Source: a virus. From it: a stretch of 64,000 nt of DNA. Positions 35,622 through 46,400 of this stretch are shown here, piece after piece. Position numbers and translations under genes: made by a program. Numbering within the stretch: position 1 is the first letter of the stretch; the number at the start of each line of letters is the position of its first letter. The notes under the pieces are model-generated. The model saw only the letters and a list, made by a program, of their open reading frames with translations, searched no databases and was not told the origin of the DNA. The stretch lies in IMG/VR virus record IMGVR_UViG_3300042882_000890, positions 32,001 through 96,000 of that record; one strand, given 5' to 3'.

Positions 35622-36851
35622 ATGGAATTAAACAAAGAAAGGTTACGTGAACTCTTCGAGCAAGAGCAAAGCAAAACCAATGCCGCTAAAGCCTACTGTA
35701 AAGAGATGGGTATTGAGTACTCAGAGTCATTTAGAAAAAAAGCAAATTCTGCTATTTTATCAAGTGCTAGTAAAACCAACGATTTAGAAAACGAAACAGA
35801 AACTGAGACTAACCAGTACACAACTTCTCCTCTATCAGCCCTCAAAGAAGACGGTAAGATTATGAGTATCCAGGAGTACTGTGAATTTTATAATATCCCT
35901 TTTGAGCAAGTGCGAACTTTTAAGTTGGTTACTCATACCGGTAAAGGTGCTTATTACAACATAGCCTCTAACGCTATCGAAGGAGATGGTTTTAAGGCGT
36001 TTTACGAACAGATGTTAAAAGACATAGCTGATATACCAAATAAGCCTAAAACTATTCTTAGATTCCCAGAAATGTCTCTTACAGATAAAGAGGAATACTT
36101 GCTTGTTATAGACCCATGTGATTTACATATTGGTAAACTAGCTGAAAGTTTTGAAACAGGTGAAGATTATGATAGTCAGATAGCTGTAAAAAGAGCTAAA
36201 GAAGGTGTTAAAGGTATTTTAGATAAGACTAAAGGTTTTAGTATTGACAAAATACTTTTTATAGGGGGTAATGATATTCTTCATATAGATACACCTAAAA
36301 GAACAACTACATCAGGTACGCCACAAGACACTGTAGGTAGTTGGTATTCAAATTTCTTAGTGGCTAAAGAATTGTATATAGATATTTTAAGTGAGCTTAT
36401 TGAAGTCGCTGATGTACATTTTGTATTTAACCCCAGTAACCACGATTGGACTCATGGATTCTTTTTAGCAGATGTGATTCAAACTTATTTTAAAGATTGT
36501 GAAAACATTACTTTTGACTGTGACTTAACACATAGAAAGTACTTTAGATATTTTGATAATTTAATAGGTTCAACACATGGGGATAGTGCAAAAATACCAG
36601 ACTTACCTCTACTTATGGCACATGAAAGTGCTGATTGGAGCTTTTGTAAACACAAATATATTTATACGCACCATGTACATCACAAATCAAGTAAAGATTA
36701 TATGGGAGTAAATGTTGAGTCTATGAGAAGTGCTAGTGGTACAGACGGTTGGCATCACAGGTCAGGATATGCTCACGCCCCTAAGGCGATTGAAGGATTT
36801 TTGCACTCTAAGATTCATGGTCAAATTTGTAGAATTGTGCATATTTTTTAG
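35622..36851 (+). CDS. calcineurin-like metallophosphoesterase
   Basis: DLHIG, GNDILH, SNHD, THGD, HHVHH. Confidence 0.85.
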   Translation: MELNKERLRELFEQEQSKTNAAKAYCKEMGIEYSESFRKKANSAILSSASKTNDLENETETETNQYTTSPLSALKEDGKIMSIQEYCEFYNIPFEQVRTFKLVTHTGKGAYYNIASNAIEGDGFKAFYEQMLKDIADIPNKPKTILRFPEMSLTDKEEYLLVIDPCDLHIGKLAESFETGEDYDSQIAVKRAKEGVKGILDKTKGFSIDKILFIGGNDILHIDTPKRTTTSGTPQDTVGSWYSNFLVAKELYIDILSELIEVADVHFVFNPSNHDWTHGFFLADVIQTYFKDCENITFDCDLTHRKYFRYFDNLIGSTHGDSAKIPDLPLLMAHESADWSFCKHKYIYTHHVHHKSSKDYMGVNVESMRSASGTDGWHHRSGYAHAPKAIEGFLHSKIHGQICRIVHIF

Positions 36852-36853
36852 AT

Positions 36854-37468
36854 ATGGAAAAAATTTGTGGTATTTATAAAATAACTTCCCCTAATGGAAA
36901 AATCTACATAGGTGAAAGCTCTGATATTGATACTAGAAAATATTATTATAAAATAGTAAGTTGCCATAAACAAATTAAATTATACAACTCTTTAAAAAAG
37001 TATGGGTGGAATGCTCATACTTTTGAGATTTTAGAAGAATGTGATTTTGGGGAATTACTCTGTAGAGAAAGATACTGGCAAGATTTCTATGATGTTTTAG
37101 GAAGCAAGGGTTTAAACTTAGAGCTTACTAATTGTGGAGACAAAAAAAGAGTACTAAGTCAATTAAGTAAAGATAAAATAAGCAAGGCTAATTCTGGAGT
37201 AAATAACGGTATGTTTGGTAGGAGTCTTTCCAAGGAACACTTAAAAATTTTACAAGAGCACAAGCATACAAATGAGGCTATTCTAAAAATAAGGGAAAGG
37301 AGTTTTGGGGAAAATAACCCAAATGCAAAGTTGGTTCTAAATACAGAAACTGGTATATTTTATGGTTGTGTAAAAGATGCAGCTTTTACTATAGGTATGT
37401 TAAGAGATACCTTAAAACAACAACTTAATGGGAGAAGAAAAAACAAAACTTCTTTTATGTATGTATAA
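36854..37468 (+). CDS. free-standing GIY-YIG homing endonuclease with NUMOD-like tail
   Basis: GIYKITSPNGKIYIG, RERYW, G.NNGMFG, GENNPNAK. Confidence 0.9.
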   Translation: MEKICGIYKITSPNGKIYIGESSDIDTRKYYYKIVSCHKQIKLYNSLKKYGWNAHTFEILEECDFGELLCRERYWQDFYDVLGSKGLNLELTNCGDKKRVLSQLSKDKISKANSGVNNGMFGRSLSKEHLKILQEHKHTNEAILKIRERSFGENNPNAKLVLNTETGIFYGCVKDAAFTIGMLRDTLKQQLNGRRKNKTSFMYV

Positions 37469-37473
37469 AAAAT

Positions 37474-37509
37474 AAACCCCCAAAGACTTAAAAATCTGAG
37501 GGGGTTTTT
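37474..37509. terminator. bidirectional terminator between the convergent gene blocks
   Basis: AAACCCCC...GGGGGTTTTT flanked by A and T runs. Confidence 0.7.
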
Positions 37510-37595
37510 CTTTGCTTATACCTAACACCACTTACACCTATTGGCTGGATTCAGAACTGCCGGGGACACCCCAACAGCGATAAGCTACATGTATT

Positions 37596-40500
37596 TTAAA
37601 TATCTTCTTCGTCTAATACCCAAGCTACTGGAATAAGAGCTTCCTCTTTGTTAAAGTAGTCAAAGGCATCTCTCTGAGATTTTAAGTTCTCTGCATTCCA
37701 AACATCAAACATAGATTTAGCACCTGTTATATTTTTGATAAGATAAACTTGTTGTTTTGTCAAACCTTGATATCTACCTCTCTCAACTACGCTTGTGTCT
37801 AGTAAGTTCCCAATTTTAACTAAATTCTCAATTTTTTGTAAACCTACTACAGGCTCTTTGAAAGATGAATAAAATTCACCAAAAGAACCTAATTGAGAAG
37901 AAGCTACCTCGGTTGTTGTTCTTTCAAACAAGTATGCTGATAGTTGTGCTCCCCACAAATCTTCTTCGTCATCTGCAAAACTAGATAAGAATATGGTTAG
38001 CAAGAACAAACCTGAAAGGAATAACAACTCTTTACTGGCTCTTTCAAGATTTTTTCTAGTTGTTTCATCACCGTTAATATATAAGTCTTTAAACTCATTC
38101 ATTATACCTTTTAGCTTACCTTTTTTGTAACCCATATTTATTGCATCAACAAAGTAGTTAGCTGCTGTAACGTATGTCCCTTCTTCTACTTTACCTGTCT
38201 GGAAGTTTATGTGTCTTCTTTTAAAACGGTTAGCGGCAGATATTGCTAACCAACCTTTATGTGTCATTACAAATCTACCTAAAACGTCTCTCTGTAAAGT
38301 TGTTCTTTCTTCATTTGTGATTTGACCGTCAATTCTTTCGACTAGTTTCTTAGTCTTAGATATAACGCCTAACTCAATATTCCGGAAATCTTTTCTGAAC
38401 TCTTCGTCATTAGCTCTATTCATATCCTTAGCCAAAGATTCAAACTCGTAAGTCATAGTTGGATAAGGTTTGCCATTTTTATCTTCTGTAAGAATGTAAT
38501 TGTATAAAGCTTTGCTTTCTAAGGCTTTCCAGGCTGCGGTTACATCTTTGATATTAGCTCTTGAACCTAAAGCGTTATTAAACATTACTTTAAACTGCTC
38601 AAAATCTACTATCTTGCCTTCATAAACTCTGTTACCATATAGCTGCGATAGCATAGCTTTTGATAGTGGTACGAAGTTACCAGCTGTATGTAAAATATAC
38701 ATCGACTTACTAAGTGCTCTAGGAGCCTTATTATACATAGAGTCTTGGAATCTACGGTCTAAATCAAATATTCCGAAGTACTCCCCCATCAATGATAATT
38801 TAGCTCTGGAATTTAACTCCAAACTTTCTTTCATTGCCGGTGTAGATAGTTTGTAAAACTCTTTTCTGGCTAAGTTGTAAGAACCAGAATCTACATATTG
38901 CTCTAGTAATCTCTCTATAATTAAGGAAGCTTCTGCTGTCATCCAAGAAGTTATAGGAACAATAAAGTTTCTACCAAGAGAGTTATTTCTAAGCCAGTTG
39001 TGTAGTTTGTTAATAACTTTTGTAACATCTACTTGTCCTAAAACAGGTAAGTTTACTCTCCAGTTTCTTCTTTCTTTTACTCCAAATAAGTTGTAATCCA
39101 TATAAGACTTAAACATCTTATAGGTGTTGGTAGCCTCAGCTGATTTACCCCCTGGGTAAGCTCTATTTAAAGCTTTGTCATTAAGGGTTGCGAACTCAGA
39201 ATACCTATCTTTTTTAGATTTGTATAACTCTGCTTGTTGAGCCATCAAAGCTGAAGTATAAAATAAATCCTCTGACACAAAATCCTTTTCAGAGAGTCTG
39301 TTCAAGAAGTACTTAGGTATTACTCTAAAACCTTCATTCTTTATAAAAGCTTCTCCCTTGTTTGCCTCATCTCCAAAAGCTTGTTCATCTATTCTAAATC
39401 TCAAGAAATCCTGCCACATATCTTTTGTAGAACCTTTTGGGTCTTTCAAGAAATCCATAGTTTTATTAAAACTTGTTTTTGATATTTGTGGTGCCAAATA
39501 CAAGTTGTGTAATCCTAGTTCTCCATAAGAACGTAAAGTATCTTTTTGGAAGTTTATGTACTCTTTGTATAACTCAAATAACTCTTTATTAGAGTTTGCT
39601 TGCATATTGCCATCAGCATCTAATACCGGGTTGTTTTCAGAGTCTCTTTTAGGGTTAAATAGCTGAACGAATCTACTGTTTGAATACTGTGATAATTTAG
39701 GTTGTCTTGAACCACCCTCAAAATCTTCTCTGTAATTACTGTTCTTAAATTTAATCTCCCCCATTTCGTAATAAGAGAAGTTATTGCTAACTTTTACATC
39801 ATCTCTATTATTCAAAGAATTAACTAATCCAAAAACATTACCGTTGCCCTCTTTTAGGTTCGTGTAAAACTCAGACAATCCTACTGGAGCAAAAGCTTTG
39901 TAGTACATTGCTATTTTTGACTCTGCGTATTTTAAAACAATGTCTTCTACCTCTTCTTTTAAGATATCTTCTCTACCTACTATGTTCTCTATTAACTTTT
40001 TGCTTGCGGCAGTTATAGGTCTATTTTTGGTAAAGTTTTCTAGTGCATCTCTTAATCTTTCTACTCTTCTTCTATTGGTAAGAGTCATGTTTTTTAATGC
40101 AAAATCTATTTTGTCAGAAGTCTCTGTTATACCTTTGTCTTTTAAAGAATCGTAGTAAGCTTGGTTTGGGGTTACTTCTGAAACTTTTTCAGCTTCTTCA
40201 CCCATTTCACTTATAGTACTCTTTTGAAAAGTTTTGTATAATTCAGAATACAACTCATCAATCCTTTCTGATAAATCTAACACATTTTTTCTAATATCAT
40301 CCGACATTTCGTCTGCCAAAATATTAGTATAGTTTCTAGAGTCCTGGAACTTTTTTAGTATAGCTTTTCTTTTATCTAAGCTTTCTTTGTATTCGTTTAT
40401 TTTTAGTATTGTTAACTCATCTGCTTCCGGGTCTTGTTCATACAAATCAAGCTCTGTCATCAATGTTTCAGAAGAATTAAAGCTGTTCCAAAAATCATTT

Positions 40501-43325
40501 GAGAAACCTACAGTGGAGTTCAACAAGAAGAACTCAACAGCTGCCTCTCTACCTTCTTCCGTTTCTATTCTACTAAGCTCTTCTAAGAACTTCGGTGCTA
40601 ATTTATCTACATCAATTTTTTGACCAGACAGCTCAGCCTCTCTTTTCTTTTGTGCTAATACATCAAGGTCTAGTTTAGTTATTTCAAAAGCAGTTCTTGA
40701 ATCTGGGTCGTTTGGATTAGCTAATTCATAGTAAGTACCGTTTACTTCTAGTGTTTCATTAGAAGGAAAATTTACTTTTTTAATCCCACTTCTTAGAGTA
40801 CCGTCATTTTCAAAAAAAGATTTTAGTTGCTTTCTTTTTAGATTAAAACCATCTAATTCGTGTTTATCTTGTAATGTGTATCTTGGTAATCCTTTTTCTG
40901 TTTTAACCCTAGCCATAAGCTCCCCTAAATCCATAGATAAAAGGCTTAGCTCTGTTTTTGTTGTTTCAGAAATACCTAGTCTAGTATAACGGTCTTCTCT
41001 TTCTTGGTAGTACTCATCTGTAAAGCTTCTCTCTACGATAGAGTTTACAGCTTTGCTTACTTCTTGTTTGTATAAAAACTCATTGCCACCATCTGCCGCA
41101 TCTTTTATTTTAGGTAAACTATTTGTATTAAGCCCTTCAATTATTTCTGCATCAGTCATATTGTGACCGCTATATTTTTTGAAGTTTTCTACTTTTATAT
41201 TAAGTATATCTTTCTCAAATTTAGACCAGTCGTACATACTTACAATATAGCCATCTTCATCAAAAAACTTGGTTAAGTCTTTTTCAGTAAAACCTAACTC
41301 TCTAACCTTCATTTGAAAGGCTTTAGTTCTGTTTATGTATGTTAATTCTGCATCTCTGTTCATATCAGAAATTACAGTACTCAACATATTTAGTATGGGG
41401 TCATTTGCGTGTGAAAGCTGTCCAAATAGAGCGTAAACCATTTGAGTATCTCTCATAGCTACATCTATAGCTTTCTCTAACTCAGGTCTTAAATCATCAC
41501 TTAGGTTGTGTCTTACCATTAACCTGTTTACGATTTCATCTATAATCTTAGTTTCCGTAAGTTGTACTTTTGCTGTAACTGCTGATATAGAAGTCTCTAC
41601 ACTTTCTAAATCTGGAATCAAAGTTTTTAAGCTTGGGTCATTTTGTACTATTACCCTAAGCTTGCTCAGTAATGGGCTAATTTCATCCTTTAAACTACGA
41701 AGTACAATGCCCTCTTCATTAGACAAAGTTTTACCTTTTTTATTTGCGTTGTCAATAGCAAACCCTACGTATCTAGCTTGGCTTTTTGCTAGAGAAATTA
41801 GGTCTAAAGCGGAACTCTTTGTAAGCTCTTTGTCCAGGATATCGTTAAGTTTTTGAATTGTGGCTCTAGAACCTCTACCTGCTTTTCTTAGATTTTTTTC
41901 TTGCTCAATCAAAGACATAACCAATTGTTTTGAAACAGCCGATTTAGCATCTAAAGCTGGGTCTCCGCTTGGATTCAATTGATACATTCTAAACTTTTTC
42001 TCTTTAGCTTTTTCTAATTTTAGATACTGGTTTACGTTTTTGGTTATAATTAAATCTTCTACTTTATCAGTAAGCTTTGCTATATCGTCATAGAAGCTTT
42101 GTTCAGAAATTATACTATCAAAAAAGTTTTTAAATAGCTCAAAAATCCTAGCTAAGATATTAGTTTGTATTTCTGTTTTACCTTCTGTACTAAATCTGTT
42201 TTGTAAGGCTTTGGCTAGTTCTTTTCCTAATATCTCTCTTCTTAATAGGTTCTCTATTTGCTCAGATGACATAGCAGGATTCTCAGAAATATAAACCTCT
42301 CTGTAATTCTGTGATAACTCTTGGTAAGTTTGTGTTTTGTGTATGTTTCTAAGAATATTTTCAATATCAGCATCATCCCAAGTTTCAACTATAAAGTGAG
42401 ATGTCTCTTCTAGTAAACCGTCTGTGGATATCTCTCCATCTCTGTACGCTATCACTTGTTGTGATATGTCTAATAGCGTTTTAGCATCCGGAGAAATCCC
42501 ATTTCTTATTTCGTAGTTTTTTACGTATTCGTCTATAGACATTACACTAACGCCCATTGCGTTAAGTAAGTCCATCAATCTCATTTTTAATGATTCTTCA
42601 TTAGTATCTATGGTTTCCCCACTTAGCCCCGAAGGTAAAACTTCTCTAACTAACTTATTCAAAAATAAAGACTTTCCTTGAGCTTCCCCAAACTTTGACT
42701 TTAAATCTTCCATAGAAGCTTTTGCAATCTCTTCAGTTGTAGCTGTCTTACCGTTAGACTCAATTTTGTTTTTACCGTCTTTTAGCTCTATTCTACCGTC
42801 TTTGAATATTTTTGTGTTGCTTTTTCCTAAACGAATTATAGCTTCATCTTTTATGATTTGCTCATTAGCTAATTGTAAGATTTGGTTGGTTCCCTCTGCC
42901 TTATGGTAATTCTTTCCTGATTCTATTATTTTTTCATCAGACAACATATCCTCTTTGATAAGGCTGTTTATAAAACCTTCGTATGTTTCTGTGTTTGTGT
43001 TTGAAGATATTTTTTGTAATACTGTAAATGTGTCATTAACCGGTATTCCCACTTCAATCTCCCCACCTGTAGAGTCTTTCAATGCCTCTTTGAAAGAGTT
43101 GAATGTGTTTCCTTTATCTGACTTAAAAGATAAGTTTGGCTCCACTTCCTGATTAGATAAGTTTATCTTATCTGAATAGACATTTTTAAAAGTCTCTAGG
43201 GCTTCTTCCAGGGAGCTGGTATGAGGCAGTCTGGCAATTTGTTTAAACAATCTACTTTCTGTGCCATTAGGCGTAAGTACATTATCTATTCCCCCGGTTT
43301 TATTAAATTTTATTGTACAAGTCAT
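37596..43325 (-). CDS. giant probable virion/ejection protein (1909 aa)
   Basis: size and context; degenerate zincin-like LEETSH; hydrophobic C-terminal segment. Confidence 0.65.
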   Translation of the reverse strand: MTCTIKFNKTGGIDNVLTPNGTESRLFKQIARLPHTSSLEEALETFKNVYSDKINLSNQEVEPNLSFKSDKGNTFNSFKEALKDSTGGEIEVGIPVNDTFTVLQKISSNTNTETYEGFINSLIKEDMLSDEKIIESGKNYHKAEGTNQILQLANEQIIKDEAIIRLGKSNTKIFKDGRIELKDGKNKIESNGKTATTEEIAKASMEDLKSKFGEAQGKSLFLNKLVREVLPSGLSGETIDTNEESLKMRLMDLLNAMGVSVMSIDEYVKNYEIRNGISPDAKTLLDISQQVIAYRDGEISTDGLLEETSHFIVETWDDADIENILRNIHKTQTYQELSQNYREVYISENPAMSSEQIENLLRREILGKELAKALQNRFSTEGKTEIQTNILARIFELFKNFFDSIISEQSFYDDIAKLTDKVEDLIITKNVNQYLKLEKAKEKKFRMYQLNPSGDPALDAKSAVSKQLVMSLIEQEKNLRKAGRGSRATIQKLNDILDKELTKSSALDLISLAKSQARYVGFAIDNANKKGKTLSNEEGIVLRSLKDEISPLLSKLRVIVQNDPSLKTLIPDLESVETSISAVTAKVQLTETKIIDEIVNRLMVRHNLSDDLRPELEKAIDVAMRDTQMVYALFGQLSHANDPILNMLSTVISDMNRDAELTYINRTKAFQMKVRELGFTEKDLTKFFDEDGYIVSMYDWSKFEKDILNIKVENFKKYSGHNMTDAEIIEGLNTNSLPKIKDAADGGNEFLYKQEVSKAVNSIVERSFTDEYYQEREDRYTRLGISETTKTELSLLSMDLGELMARVKTEKGLPRYTLQDKHELDGFNLKRKQLKSFFENDGTLRSGIKKVNFPSNETLEVNGTYYELANPNDPDSRTAFEITKLDLDVLAQKKREAELSGQKIDVDKLAPKFLEELSRIETEEGREAAVEFFLLNSTVGFSNDFWNSFNSSETLMTELDLYEQDPEADELTILKINEYKESLDKRKAILKKFQDSRNYTNILADEMSDDIRKNVLDLSERIDELYSELYKTFQKSTISEMGEEAEKVSEVTPNQAYYDSLKDKGITETSDKIDFALKNMTLTNRRRVERLRDALENFTKNRPITAASKKLIENIVGREDILKEEVEDIVLKYAESKIAMYYKAFAPVGLSEFYTNLKEGNGNVFGLVNSLNNRDDVKVSNNFSYYEMGEIKFKNSNYREDFEGGSRQPKLSQYSNSRFVQLFNPKRDSENNPVLDADGNMQANSNKELFELYKEYINFQKDTLRSYGELGLHNLYLAPQISKTSFNKTMDFLKDPKGSTKDMWQDFLRFRIDEQAFGDEANKGEAFIKNEGFRVIPKYFLNRLSEKDFVSEDLFYTSALMAQQAELYKSKKDRYSEFATLNDKALNRAYPGGKSAEATNTYKMFKSYMDYNLFGVKERRNWRVNLPVLGQVDVTKVINKLHNWLRNNSLGRNFIVPITSWMTAEASLIIERLLEQYVDSGSYNLARKEFYKLSTPAMKESLELNSRAKLSLMGEYFGIFDLDRRFQDSMYNKAPRALSKSMYILHTAGNFVPLSKAMLSQLYGNRVYEGKIVDFEQFKVMFNNALGSRANIKDVTAAWKALESKALYNYILTEDKNGKPYPTMTYEFESLAKDMNRANDEEFRKDFRNIELGVISKTKKLVERIDGQITNEERTTLQRDVLGRFVMTHKGWLAISAANRFKRRHINFQTGKVEEGTYVTAANYFVDAINMGYKKGKLKGIMNEFKDLYINGDETTRKNLERASKELLFLSGLFLLTIFLSSFADDEEDLWGAQLSAYLFERTTTEVASSQLGSFGEFYSSFKEPVVGLQKIENLVKIGNLLDTSVVERGRYQGLTKQQVYLIKNITGAKSMFDVWNAENLKSQRDAFDYFNKEEALIPVAWVLDEEDI

Positions 43326-43344
43326 CTTTTTTATTTGTTTTGTG

Positions 43345-43376
43345 CAAAATTAATATTTTTTTTTGAATTACGCAAA
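43345..43376 (-). promoter_or_regulatory. Bacteroidota sigma70-type promoter
   Basis: TTTG-N20-TAATTTTG on the - strand. Confidence 0.75.
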
Positions 43377-43383
43377 TAGATTA

Positions 43384-43411
43384 AAAAAGTTAGGCTACTT
43401 TTCAGTAGCCT
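43384..43411 (-). terminator. intrinsic terminator after the 2584-aa gene
   Basis: AGGCTACT-GAAA-AGTAGCCT followed by a T run on the - strand. Confidence 0.65.
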
Positions 43412-43417
43412 TTCTTT

Positions 43418-46400
43418 TTATTGACATCCGAAGTATTCTTCGTTTATGTCATCCAACTCTTTCTTAGAGTAATAATTTTTAGAAGTTTTAAAAGCTTCCG
43501 GTGCATTTGCCAAGTACATGTATTCTTGAAAACTTATGTCTGAGAAAGGTGCTTCCACATTTACTTTCTTATATCCTGTTCTCTTATCTGTATCTAACTT
43601 ACCGTAGAATTTTATATTCTCGAACTCAAATATCTTTTCAAAAACTCCTATTGGTGTCTTTACAAAAGTCTCACTTTCATTTTTTACAGCTAAAACTCCG
43701 TCTTTTAAGTAGGTGTATTGCCCTGATACTTTTTTGACTCTATCTGGGTTATTAACCGCTTTTTGTCTTTGTTCTAATTGAGTATTTATATCTTCTGGCT
43801 TCTCTTCTAACAAAGGCATCTCCAGGTTCAAACTGTCTGATATGATGTTGTATTCTGCCAGCTCTTGTTTGAATCTTTCTGGTACACTATCAACAGCTTC
43901 AGACTTAGACATTTCATCGCTGTTTACCAATTCTATACCTTTACCAGTCACTTTAAAGTACGGGTTAGATGTTGTCAGTATCCACTTGTTGAAATCTTTC
44001 AAGAACTCATCTGTCAAGTACTCCTCTGAATTAGTTATCTTATTGAAATTATCAACTTTAACAGTAGGTCTTTGTGTAGACATCGGGAAATCAAAAAACT
44101 TTTTGTAAAGGAATATTTTCTCCAAGTTATCAACATCAACTTCGTAATCAGAAACTTCTAGTAAACTTGCATTTCTCTCTACATATAGTTTTAAAGCTTC
44201 AAGTGTATCTATACCTTCCGGTAGTAAATTTTTGTATTCAAAAAAGCTTTCGTACAAGCTGTCCAAAGACTGTTCTTTTACCTTTCTATAGATACCATCA
44301 TCCTTCTTAATTAATCCGAACTCAGAAAACATCTCGTATTCAGATAAAGGCTCTTCAACAACTACATCATTTTCACTATTAGTTTTTATAACTTCTGTTT
44401 TAGCTTCTTTATCACCGAGTATCTTGTAATATCTTTCAGTGAACTCAATCATGTTTTCTGGGTTACTAGGGTCTTCTATAACATCCTCCATAGAATCTAA
44501 AAATCCTAGTACCTCGTCTCTTGATAACTCTAAAGCTAGGGTAGGGAAGTTTCTTAAATCAATACCATTTACCTGAACATTTTTCTTAATCTTATTAAGG
44601 ACTTTTGATACATTTTTTAAATCACTATTGAATATCTCTTTGTCAATACCTTGTCTCAAAAACGCAATATCTTCAGTAATAGAAATGTCTAAATCATCAG
44701 TCATTGTATTTAATAGCATACCTTCGACATCTTCTGTTTTGTCCACCAACTCCCCATCCACTACAGTTTTTATTGGAGCCTTTTTGTGGTCTCTAGCAAT
44801 AGAATCTACTGTTTCTTTGAAGTTAGGGTCTGTATAGTATTTGTTAGAGAAAGTTGTTGGTAAAGCTTCGTCAATTTCTGACTCTTCTAACCCGGCTACA
44901 CTTTCTACTAAGTCTTTTTCTACAATACTAGGATTAGTAACCTCTTGCTTTCCGAACTGGTTTACTTCTCTACCTTGTGGTATAATAAAGTTTTCATCGT
45001 AATCTAATTCAAATGGCTCACTGTTTCTTAGAGATAGTAAGCTTTCTTTTATTTGCTTTTGTAACTTAGGTGAACTAAGTATAGTGTTTATTTCAAAAAT
45101 GTTGTACAGTTTACTTCTTTGTAAAGATAGCTTATCAAACAGTACAATACCATTCTTCATCAAAGCTTTCTCCATTTTTTCAACTAACTCTTTTGAACTT
45201 TTCACTTTTAAAGCCATTGCTGCGTTCTTTGCAGCTTTTAATCCTTCTAAACCTAAAGGTTTAACTTTAGAGTTTGAAAAATCCATCAGAGTTTTTATAG
45301 AGGGCTCTCCGTTAGAGTCCGTATCTTTTAAAGAAACTGGTCTAGCTTTTCTTACCATCTCAAAATCGGAAGTTTTTTCAAATCCTAAAGAAGTATAAAA
45401 AGACTCAAGTCTTTCAGGCTTAGTGGTGGTGTCTCTTGGGCTTACCATCAAGTAAACATCTTTTCCTTGTGCATCGGTTCCATTTAAGAACAACTCCGCA
45501 GCTTTCCTTGCATTACCTTGACCTCTTTCAGTAGACTCTATAAGTTCCCACTCAACGCCCTCAAGTTTCTCTCCGGTTATCGGATTAACTCTATCCTTTG
45601 CAAATATTTTAGTACCGTTTAACTCTAAGGAGGGCTGTCTGGTTACAGTAGGTGTGGTTGGTGTATTTAATACTGACATCCTTTTACCTTCTGGAGAATT
45701 TACGATACTACTATATGTGCTCTTATACTCCTGAGGTAAATCAGAGTTATTTATTATATCTGAAATCTCTTCTTGGCTCAGTTTGGTATAATTCTCGTTT
45801 AAGCTGTATACACTATCATATCTATTCTCTCTATTTCTATAGTTATTTAAGTCTAGATATAGTTGTTTTAGTTTTTCGTTTTTAGGAACTGGTATTATAG
45901 ATTTGTAACCTTTTGATGAATTGCTATCATAATTTTCTTGAAAAGGTTTTTTTACAGTTGCCCCCTCAGATACTTGCGTATCATTAGGCTTGTGTTCTTT
46001 AATACTTTGAGCTCTAGTTCTGTTTTGCCATTCTGCTACAACCATCTCATATCCAAAATCTGCTGCTACTTTTGTAACATAAGCAACTTGGGTATTTGGG
46101 TCAAAGGCTTTTCCTGGATACTCTTTAGAATGGAGTTCTCTTGCTTTTTCAATAAGGTTCAAGCTATCTGTATTAAAGTCATAAACTTTATCCATAGGTA
46201 TTTTTACCATGTATTTAGACTCTCCTCTAATCATGGTTTCACTGTCCTCTGGTCTAGAATAGTACATAGCAAGTCCTCCTACTTTTGCTAAAGCTTGAGC
46301 TTCTTCTCTAGAAGTTGCTGTAGTGTCTCCAGAAGTTCTTTTTATCACCTCATAGCCACTTGTACCTACATGGTAGAAAACAAAATTTCCTTGTCCATCT

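Noticed and set aside
36854-37468. GIY-YIG endonuclease inside a group I intron
   Set aside because: It starts 2 nt after a complete upstream gene and is followed by a terminator; no interrupted host gene.
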